64,000 nt of DNA. Origin: Candidatus Gottesmanbacteria bacterium (GTDB lineage: Bacteria > Patescibacteriota > Microgenomatia > UBA10105 > UBA927). Under the pieces are notes generated by a model. The model searched no databases and was not told where the DNA came from. It worked only from the letters and a program-made list of their open reading frames with translations. Location of the stretch: assembly GCA_023245335.1 (NCBI GenBank), contig JAHFKK010000001.1, positions 1,000,019 to 1,064,018 of the forward strand, in the 5' to 3' direction. The position numbers and the translations under genes were made by a program. Below are positions 56,675 through 64,000 of the stretch, one piece after another (position 1 is the stretch's first letter; each line of letters starts with the position of its first letter).

Positions 56675-58558
56675 TCACCGGGTAAACCACTCTTCAAAAA
56701 TCTTTTTGGCGATAGGGGCTGCGACATTGCTTCCCTCTCCTCCTCCTTCAACCAATACGGTCACGGATATCTCCGGCGGACCACTAAGGTAGGATTCGCC
56801 CTTTTTCACGTCATCCGGAATATATTGATCTGGGACAGGAGCAAACGCGGTAAACCATGCATGCGTCCGGTTTTGCTGCGGGTCTCCAAACTCTGCAGTG
56901 CCTGTTTTACAGGCAACGGGTACGGCAATATGCGGGACATTTTGGGCGGACGTGGTCGCGGCCGGTGTGTCGGTAAGCGCAACCGGCGCTTTGGGTACGG
57001 AAAAGTTAAAAAGCGGCCACCCGGTGCCGCCGGTCGCGCATGCTTTTTCCATCCCCTGGTTAATGATATCGAGCGTCTGCGGCTTCAGACCGAGCGACTT
57101 ACAGTTATCCCGTTGCTCTTTGGTGCTCGCAAGGCGATTTATAGTGGGTTTACAAAGGTTGCCGCCGTTTGCGATCGTATTGGTCCAATAGTTGATCTGA
57201 AGCGGCGTCACCAATAAATATCCTTGCCCTATGGCGACGTGATATGTATCCCCGAGGTACCACTCGTCATTACGCTTCGCAAGGTCGTCCGGCGTCGTGA
57301 AGGCTGTTTTTTTCCACGCGGGATCCGGTACCAAACCGCTTGCTTCACTGGAAAGCTCTATGCCAAGAGGCTTTCCTAAACCGAGTTTACGGGACCATTT
57401 CGCAATCTTCGTTATGCCCAAGAATTCTCCGACTTTATAAAAGAAAATATCGTTACTCCTTTGAATTGCTTTCACGATATCGACCGGTCCCTCTGTCTTA
57501 CCGTACTGCAAATAGTACCAATTCGGAAACGTAAACGGACCGATGGTGATGACGCCGTTATCCTCGACAATCGTATCCGGCGTGATCGCTCCTTCTTCGA
57601 GACCTCCGATCGCTAAAATAATTTTAAACGTCGATCCCGGAGGGTAGGTGCCGCCGATCGCCCGGTTAAACATCGGTAGGTCCGGATTACTCATAAGCGC
57701 CTGGTACTGGCCTGTCGACATTCCGGTCGTAAACGCACTCGGAGAAAATCCGGGGCTTGAGTACATGGCGAGGATCTCGCCGCTTGATGGTTTAGAAACA
57801 ATCACTGCTCCTTTTTGTCCCGGAGGAAATGCTGCCGCTGCTGCCTTTGCTACCCCGAGATCCAATGATAACGTGATATCCTCTCCCGGCAGTTCTTCCT
57901 GACGACCGAGCGTACGCAGCACTTTTCCGGCGGCATCGACCTCAACAAATTCCTTTCCGTCCCGGCCGCGCAGGCGTTCGTTAAAGACCTCTTCGGCGCC
58001 CATTCTGCCCACACGATCTCCTAACCCATAATTCCTGCTGTGATAATAGTCATTCTTAAGCTCCTGCTGAGATAGCTCACCCGTATAACCCAATACGTGT
58101 GCAAGGGCGTCTTCATACGGATACTGCCTGAGGTAATCTACTTCCAGGTATTCGCCCGGCGGCAATCCCTGTTTCGTGAGCCGGTCACCCTCATCTTTCG
58201 TGAGATATGTGACGCATTCCATAACTCCCGTAGACGTGCATGGCTTGAGGAGTCGGTAGTGTGGCACGTTGGTAACGAGCGGTTGTCCCGTCCGGTCAAG
58301 AAAAATTCCCCGCGGCGCATGACGGATAAGTGCGCGGGTCCGGTTGTTGTCAGAGAGTTTCCGGTACTCCAATCCGTGAATGAGGGTGAGGTCTATAAGC
58401 CGGACACCCAGCACAAAAAACCCGAGGCTTAATATCGTAGCAAAAACGAGTGCTCTTCCCGCACCGGCCCACCACGGAGTTTCACCCATGCCGGTACGGA
58501 AACGACTGCTTTCCGTGCGCGTCACATTGTCGGAAAACGCTGATCCCAATTTCACCAT
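56675..58558 (-). CDS. mrdA: Penicillin-binding protein 2 / peptidoglycan D,D-transpeptidase
   Basis: N-terminal TM, the STFK active site (PGSTFKII), SxN and KTG(T) motifs. 627 aa. Downstream of mreB. Confidence 0.85.
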   Translation of the reverse strand: MVKLGSAFSDNVTRTESSRFRTGMGETPWWAGAGRALVFATILSLGFFVLGVRLIDLTLIHGLEYRKLSDNNRTRALIRHAPRGIFLDRTGQPLVTNVPHYRLLKPCTSTGVMECVTYLTKDEGDRLTKQGLPPGEYLEVDYLRQYPYEDALAHVLGYTGELSQQELKNDYYHSRNYGLGDRVGRMGAEEVFNERLRGRDGKEFVEVDAAGKVLRTLGRQEELPGEDITLSLDLGVAKAAAAAFPPGQKGAVIVSKPSSGEILAMYSSPGFSPSAFTTGMSTGQYQALMSNPDLPMFNRAIGGTYPPGSTFKIILAIGGLEEGAITPDTIVEDNGVITIGPFTFPNWYYLQYGKTEGPVDIVKAIQRSNDIFFYKVGEFLGITKIAKWSRKLGLGKPLGIELSSEASGLVPDPAWKKTAFTTPDDLAKRNDEWYLGDTYHVAIGQGYLLVTPLQINYWTNTIANGGNLCKPTINRLASTKEQRDNCKSLGLKPQTLDIINQGMEKACATGGTGWPLFNFSVPKAPVALTDTPAATTSAQNVPHIAVPVACKTGTAEFGDPQQNRTHAWFTAFAPVPDQYIPDDVKKGESYLSGPPEISVTVLVEGGGEGSNVAAPIAKKIFEEWFTR

Positions 58559-58641
58559 AGAGGAATCATACTACACCACACAAAGAAGAGTTACTTTACC
58601 TGCGCCACGTAGCCTTGGCGAAGTGGGGCCTGCCCAATTCC

Positions 58642-59253
58642 TTAACGAAATGGAGGTACCTTGTTATACAAAAGTAATACCCCCAACGAATACGCGGTTC
58701 CCAGAACAACTTCCAGCATATTATGGCGTTTGAGTTTGAGCCTGCTCCACCCAAGGATAGGGACAAGGCTCCCCAAAACCCAAAGCGAGAGCTCATACCA
58801 GCTGACGAGTAGCCCTATTGCCAGTACGAAAACCGCCATATGGCCGGAAATTTTTATCCGGAGCGTGATGAGGAAAAACCCAATCAGCCACAGAAGGAAC
58901 AGTTCAAAAAATCTGGATAACGCGGCGTTGTGCCAGAGGTAGGTCGACCAAAAAAGCAAAAAACAAAATGCGAGGAGAAGGATGAGAAGCCGCACGCGTT
59001 TGGGGCGGTTCGAGATATCCCAGTTGGTATGCATCATACGCGTGAGGCGTACCCGCGCGATGGCGACTATGACACCCACGGCAACGATATAGAGCGCGTA
59101 CGTCGCATACAGAAACCCCCGGAGGTGTACGTGCCACGCACCGATAAGCGCGATTGCCAAAAAAACTACCATCGGTTCAAAAATTTCCGATACGATTCGT
59201 GCGAGCACCGACTCTTCTGTCTTCATATATGTATTATACTTTCCGCGCGGCAA
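58642..59253 (-). CDS. Polytopic membrane protein (possible MreD-like)
   Basis: 203 aa, 5-6 TM, sitting between mreB and the PBP2 gene. No mreC is detected. Confidence 0.4.
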   Translation of the reverse strand: MPRGKYNTYMKTEESVLARIVSEIFEPMVVFLAIALIGAWHVHLRGFLYATYALYIVAVGVIVAIARVRLTRMMHTNWDISNRPKRVRLLILLLAFCFLLFWSTYLWHNAALSRFFELFLLWLIGFFLITLRIKISGHMAVFVLAIGLLVSWYELSLWVLGSLVPILGWSRLKLKRHNMLEVVLGTAYSLGVLLLYNKVPPFR

Positions 59254-60322
59254 TTTTCACTTTCGCAAGAAGAATGGGGTCGCTCAAAAGCTTACCGCAT
59301 CCGCGGACGACAGCGGTTTGCGGGTCGTCGGTAATCCATACGGGCATTTTGAGCTCTGTCGCGATGAGTTTATCAATTCCCCGAAGCATGCTGCCGCCTC
59401 CCGCAAGCACGATACCGTGTTCCATGATATCTCCGATAAGCTCAGGCGGTGTTTCTTCGATGGTCTCCCCAAGCGCTTCTATGATTTCGTGGACGACCGG
59501 CGACACTGCTTCACGCACTTCTGCCTCCGACAATCTGACAGACTTGGGCAACCCCGTCTCGATATCGCGTCCGCGGATAACCGTCTGTTTTTCGATCTTT
59601 TCAGTCGGATACGCACTGCCGATCGTAATTTTCACTTCTTCGGCGGTCTGATCACCGATAAGGAGTGCGTGCTTCAGTCTCACAAACGAAACGATCGCTT
59701 CGTCCATCTCATCACCTGCCGTACGGATGCTACGGTTCACCACAATTCCGCCGAGCGACAACACGGCGATTTCCGTCGTCCCTCCGCCGATATCACAAAT
59801 AAACGATCCGCGGCTTTCCTGGATAGGAAGCCCGGCGCCGATTGCCGCTGCCATCGGCTCTTCTATAAGGTACACTTCACGCGCGCCGGCCATAATAGCC
59901 GCCTCCGCAGCGGCCCGACGCTCTACTTCCGTCACTCCCGACGGGATTCCAACGACGACTTTGGGCTTGGGAATGCTCGGGAACCCTTTCCGCTTGGGTT
60001 GTTCGTGAACGAGTTTGATGTAATGGGTGATCATCGCAGCTGTTGCGTCAAAGTCGGCTATCACCCCGTCTTTGAGCGGCCGCAATGCTTCGATCGTATC
60101 GGGGGTACGCCCAAGCATGTGCTTGGCCTCCCTGCCAATCGCGATAATCCGTTTCGTTTTGCGGTGACGCGCGACGACCGACGGCTCGCGGATCATAATA
60201 CCCTTGTCTTTCACAAAAACGAGCGTATTCGCCGTACCTAAATCGATGCCAAGATCATGGGAAAGTAAGCTGAAGAGCCAGTCAAACATAATTATTCCGG
60301 AATTTTTTCCCGACCGACTCAT
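59234..60322 (-). CDS. mreB: Rod shape-determining protein MreB
   Basis: Actin-fold motifs DLGTANTLV, GIVLAGGGS... Confidence 0.9.
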   Translation of the reverse strand: MSRSGKNSGIIMFDWLFSLLSHDLGIDLGTANTLVFVKDKGIMIREPSVVARHRKTKRIIAIGREAKHMLGRTPDTIEALRPLKDGVIADFDATAAMITHYIKLVHEQPKRKGFPSIPKPKVVVGIPSGVTEVERRAAAEAAIMAGAREVYLIEEPMAAAIGAGLPIQESRGSFICDIGGGTTEIAVLSLGGIVVNRSIRTAGDEMDEAIVSFVRLKHALLIGDQTAEEVKITIGSAYPTEKIEKQTVIRGRDIETGLPKSVRLSEAEVREAVSPVVHEIIEALGETIEETPPELIGDIMEHGIVLAGGGSMLRGIDKLIATELKMPVWITDDPQTAVVRGCGKLLSDPILLAKVKIAARKV

Positions 60323-60354
60323 TCTATCACATCTAAATTTCCTGGCCGTGACGT

Positions 60355-60885
60355 GTGCGGTATAATACTATATGTATGCGAAATAGATATCCTCACCGAG
60401 GTCCTCCTATACATAAAGAAGTATTGCTTGGCTACGGAGACGGCTCTGAAGAAGGGTTAACGGAAGCGGAAGCGCCTTGGAGCCAATTATCGGGGGTGCA
60501 CCGGCCGTTTTTTACTAGGGAAGAGCGGGTTGGAACAGTATCTAACTTATCGGGTGACTCGATGGGTTTATTTGAAAATTATGATCGTGAAGCTACTCTA
60601 GTTGAGAATCCATTAACCGGTAAAACGAGATTCATATCCAGAAAATCCATATCCAATTTTTTTACCTCACATCTCCCCAAATTTCCTGTCGAACCGACAT
60701 GGGATTATCAAGAAGTTCGTCGTGGAAGGGCCGCGGGAGTGCTTGAACAGCGTGAGTCACGGGCGCTTCATTTCGACATCGATGAGGAAATTAAAAAACG
60801 TCACGGCGATCCAAAACACCCGTTAGCCTTTAAACATCCCCAAATAGGATATAAGCCCAAAATAACGAGACAACAAGATATATAA
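60355..60885 (+). CDS. Hypothetical protein
   Basis: 176-aa ORF. Confidence 0.35.
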   Translation: MRYNTICMRNRYPHRGPPIHKEVLLGYGDGSEEGLTEAEAPWSQLSGVHRPFFTREERVGTVSNLSGDSMGLFENYDREATLVENPLTGKTRFISRKSISNFFTSHLPKFPVEPTWDYQEVRRGRAAGVLEQRESRALHFDIDEEIKKRHGDPKHPLAFKHPQIGYKPKITRQQDI

Positions 60886-60895
60886 TAATGATCGT

Positions 60896-61123
60896 ATGGA
60901 AGACAAAATAGACCAACCGCGTACCCCGGAAGAAATCGCAAGAGATGGAGGTCAGCGCGGAGCGATACCTTTAGGACCAGGCGGCAACATCATCCACAGC
61001 ACAGGCACCGGGGATGAAGCGATTGAGAGATTTGAAAAAACTCACGGATCAATGAATATTCCGGCGTATCTTCGGAAACCTACACTTCGCAAACCCAAAA
61101 AGCCCCCTTTCAGCGGGAGTTAG
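60896..61123 (+). CDS. Small protein with FtsZ-C-terminal-peptide-like tail (IPAYLRK)
   Basis: 75 aa. ...GSMNIPAYLRKPTLRKPKKPP resembles the conserved FtsZ C-terminal peptide (D/E-IPAFLRK). Confidence 0.3.
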   Translation: MEDKIDQPRTPEEIARDGGQRGAIPLGPGGNIIHSTGTGDEAIERFEKTHGSMNIPAYLRKPTLRKPKKPPFSGS

Positions 61124-61128
61124 TCTAT

Positions 61129-61461
61129 CTATTTTTTCCCGTCGAAACGTACCCTGCCTAATCCCGTCCCATAGTCCCGTAACCCCCGGTCGGTTCTCAC
61201 CGGAAGTATCGCATTGGGATGCTCAAAATTTTTGAGCTTCGTACCATTTTCGACCATGATAACTGTATCTTCGACTCTCCCCGTCACCGTACATGCCGCA
61301 TATCTCTGACAATAGTTACGAACATATCCAAGCGTAAGACCGAACCTACTTGCCAACTTAGATGCATTTAATCGAACGCCCGTATGTTTGACAAGGTACG
61401 ACTTGAGCTCGAACGTTGCAGCGCCATGCTCGTGATTTGCTTCGGAAGAATTTTTTGTCAT
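61129..61461 (-). CDS. Hypothetical protein
   Basis: 110-aa ORF. Confidence 0.35.
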   Translation of the reverse strand: MTKNSSEANHEHGAATFELKSYLVKHTGVRLNASKLASRFGLTLGYVRNYCQRYAACTVTGRVEDTVIMVENGTKLKNFEHPNAILPVRTDRGLRDYGTGLGRVRFDGKK

Positions 61462-61505
61462 AGGGATAATTGTACCACGTGTTGTTCTGACGGTCCAAAT
61501 GAAGA

Positions 61506-62375
61506 TTATATTTTTGGTTTGAGGTCGACCCCGAAGTACAGCCGCATGATGAGGCGGTTCATGAGGAAACCGAATTCGGAAATCATGCGCTGTTTAAATG
61601 GCACCCCTCTGAATCGGAGTAATCCGTCATCAATGATTTTAAGCTTACCGGTATCATCTACCAGGACATTTGATACCTCAAACTCGCTCTTTGCAGAAAA
61701 TAGGTGCCGGATGTGATGTCTCATAAGTGAAAATCCGCCCGGAATACCGATAAAGTCCAGACTCTGTCCGGTTTGCCGCATCATCTCGCGGTTAAGCCTT
61801 GCCATATCGGCAAGCTGTGTCCGCACTGATTGCGTCTCCGTGAGGTGCGTCACGGGTTTCCCCTTCACCGCATCCTGTACATAGAGATACTTGCCCGTCG
61901 TGGTGTCCCGACGTAGTTCTGTCGGCACGGCATATACGCCGAAATATTTTTTGACGAGTGCTATATTTTCATTGTCATCCTTATACCCGGTACTCATGAG
62001 ACTATTGCTCCATTCACGCGGAATTTTTATAACTTTCGGGGTCATTCCCTCCGGAAGATACGAAAATACGATGTGGGTAAATCCCTGCCCCATAGGTACC
62101 GGATCTACGTAGGCGGAATCTATGCCGCAGTTTTTGAGAAACGACGAAGTTGCGGGCAAAAACTCTGCTTTGTTCGCCCAAAGCGGGGGTACGGGTTTCT
62201 TCTGCAATTTTTTGGCCTTTACGGTTTCCAGCGAATGTTTCTCCGCTGTGACCCGCGGTTCTATGGTCACACGGACTACTTCCCGTGCAACTGCGGTCTC
62301 CTTTTGCGGGACGCTACGTTCGGGGGCTTTAGCAGGTGATATGGTGCGTGAAACTTCGGGCGTCAATTCAGGCAT
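61506..62375 (-). CDS. Hypothetical protein
   Basis: 289-aa ORF with a Pro/Lys-rich N-terminus. Confidence 0.4.
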   Translation of the reverse strand: MPELTPEVSRTISPAKAPERSVPQKETAVAREVVRVTIEPRVTAEKHSLETVKAKKLQKKPVPPLWANKAEFLPATSSFLKNCGIDSAYVDPVPMGQGFTHIVFSYLPEGMTPKVIKIPREWSNSLMSTGYKDDNENIALVKKYFGVYAVPTELRRDTTTGKYLYVQDAVKGKPVTHLTETQSVRTQLADMARLNREMMRQTGQSLDFIGIPGGFSLMRHHIRHLFSAKSEFEVSNVLVDDTGKLKIIDDGLLRFRGVPFKQRMISEFGFLMNRLIMRLYFGVDLKPKI

Positions 62376-62464
62376 AGTAGCACAATTACCATTTTAGCGC
62401 ATATACGTCGCGTGTGTCACATACATGAAGATAATCTAGGGATTTCACGGATAGCGACCAAGAA

Positions 62465-62902
62465 TTACTTCCCTGTACCTACCTCTACGGGAAGAAGCAT
62501 ATAACTTTTACTACGCGGGTGGTGGACCACTCCGGGACCCAATTTCTGACGCAACTTGGACAAAAGATTCACGGCTTGGGCCTGGGTGAATTCCACATTT
62601 CGGTCCCGGGCAGCTCTCCTAAGTTTTTCGGGAGTCAGATCGGTATATCCCACCGGAAGTAGGTAGAGGGCCATCATTTCGTTATCATTAAGGTGTATAT
62701 CCTCTACTCTATCCGGTACACGTACGACACCGCGCTCGGGATATATCGTTACCGGGCCGCGGTGGTCTACATGTTCTTTACGATCGTTCTTCTCTATCAT
62801 ACTGTTTCGATAATCATTCCCTCCACTTTTGCCAGGGCGGCTTTTCGTTCGTATAGTATTTAGCACAGGCGGCACATTGAAGAATCGTCTCACCAATGAC
62901 AC
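62465..62902 (-). CDS. Putative winged-helix DNA-binding protein (OmpR/CadC-type C-terminal domain-like)
   Basis: The C-terminal segment LTPEKLRRAARDRNVEFTQAQAVNLLSKLRQKLG...SYMLLP has a weak OmpR-type wHTH pattern. Confidence 0.3.
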   Translation of the reverse strand: MSLVRRFFNVPPVLNTIRTKSRPGKSGGNDYRNSMIEKNDRKEHVDHRGPVTIYPERGVVRVPDRVEDIHLNDNEMMALYLLPVGYTDLTPEKLRRAARDRNVEFTQAQAVNLLSKLRQKLGPGVVHHPRSKSYMLLPVEVGTGK

Positions 62903-63445
62903 CGGCTGCGATCCATCCGGCGCAATCAGCTCCTAATGCATGAAACGCAAGTATGGCACCTATTCCCACTGCTATAGATTCAGCCGACCGCACGATGGCC
63001 CCGACGGGATTACCGTCTACAGTACTCGGTGCCATCCATAGTAGTGCTTTCTTGATCTCGGGATTCATACCGTTGAATTATACAGACTTGCGCAAGTTAA
63101 ACACGTCTATATCTTCTTGTTTCAGCTTTCAAAACTCTTAAAAACTGGAACGAGAAGGGAAAGAGAGGCAGCGAATAGCTGTTTTGATGGCCAAGGCCAC
63201 CTCTCTTTCCCATTTCCCAGCCGTACTCGGCGAATCGTTCTCTTCCCGCTTTCGCAGGTCGAACAAATTCGCCGAGTGATCGGCAAGGAGTCCGCTTCGG
63301 CGGTCGCTGGTTCCCGGTAAAGGGAGGCGACCGCCGTTGGGCGGAGTTTGATTTAGTGAACGAAAGAAACGTAATCGTTATGATCGGTCTGCCTCGGCAG
63401 TTGACGCTTACAGCGCGTATAGGAAGGGTGCACATAGGCACTTCC

Positions 63446-63853
63446 CTAACGAGATTCGTCGTTCGTCTCTTGCAGACGCCTTTGCGGGACACTGTCCAGC
63501 ACTAGAGCCAACGCTTGTGCAGCGTGTGCGATATTTTGCATATTGTTGGTTCTGCCAAGATCGCCTTCGCCAAGCAAAGCTCTGGAAAGAGCAAGTAACG
63601 GTAAATTCTCTGATGCGGTTATCGTCGGTTTCTGTCCCGGCAAAAATAACGTTGTTGCACCGGGCGCATCGTCAGAAGTGTGCACAAACATAAATGGAAG
63701 CATTGGCAGCGTCCACCCGACTTGCACACCTGATCGCGACGGGACAGGCTTTATGGTAAGGCGGTAGTTCATCGCGCCGAAAAAGGCAACGAAAAGGATC
63801 GCCCCAAAAATAAGGGCTATGCCCAAAGCAAAACCGCCAGCCCACCTCATCAC
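63446..63853 (-). CDS. Membrane-anchored hypothetical protein
   Basis: 135 aa with an N-terminal TM. Confidence 0.3.
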   Translation of the reverse strand: MMRWAGGFALGIALIFGAILFVAFFGAMNYRLTIKPVPSRSGVQVGWTLPMLPFMFVHTSDDAPGATTLFLPGQKPTITASENLPLLALSRALLGEGDLGRTNNMQNIAHAAQALALVLDSVPQRRLQETNDESR

Positions 63854-64000
63854 AATCTCAATCCCGACAATACGGTTGATTGTCGCTTGTCTTGTGGCGT
63901 CATCTATCAGTTTTTGATTCGCTAATGCCTGATCGGCCGTCGCTTGATTGATAGCTGACTGTGTCTGTATGCTCCCGGCATTGGCCTGATCAAGGGTCTT

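Noticed and set aside
62814-63068. 84-aa ORF overlapping the 3' part of the 62465-62902 gene.
   Set aside because: It overlaps a longer co-directional ORF by 89 bp. It may be real (it has a small TM segment) but there is insufficient evidence to call both.

Overview
This 64 kb window looks like a genome-reduced bacterium using the standard genetic code (TGA is a stop), most consistent with Candidate Phyla Radiation / Patescibacteria. Evidence for that: a 16S rRNA gene with no 23S nearby that carries two insertions, multiple YfhO-family membrane proteins, nucleotide-salvage enzymes and competence genes.

Content in order:
- Positions 700-6130 and 13260-16300 hold two pyrimidine deoxynucleotide salvage clusters: SHMT (glyA), a histidine phosphatase, a nucleoside deoxyribosyltransferase-like domain fused to dTMP kinase (tmk), two HAD hydrolases, a deoxynucleoside kinase, an archaeal-type ThyA with an extra N-terminal domain, and dCTP deaminase (dcd).
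- Between them lie a GT39/ArnT-like glycosyltransferase, glmS preceded by what aligns well to a glmS ribozyme, and a GT4 glycosyltransferase.
- The middle section carries TfoX, an ImmA-like peptidase, a P-type ATPase, NUDIX, cytidylate kinase (cmk), a DEDD exonuclease, a VOC-family protein, an MFS transporter, an L,D-transpeptidase, a TagD-like cytidylyltransferase, two YfhO paralogs flanking tRNA-Cys, and the 16S rRNA on the minus strand.
- The most striking region is 40.0-53.0 kb. It holds five paralogous single-TM 'sulfatase-like' proteins (~520 aa) that lack the formylglycine C/S-x-P-x-R motif and instead carry W-T-x-P-S-E, a Thr-type motif as in LtaS/EptA phosphotransferases. They are interleaved with two PAP2 phosphatases, UppP, a TrmH methyltransferase and a large GT-C-like membrane protein. 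I propose this is an extracytoplasmic glycopolymer (teichoic-acid-like) synthesis and decoration system.
- The last 11 kb encode topA, dprA, PBP2, an MreD-like protein, mreB and small hypothetical proteins.

A ~100-nt AT-rich palindromic repeat element occurs twice: once as a helix-40 expansion inside the 16S gene and once intergenically.
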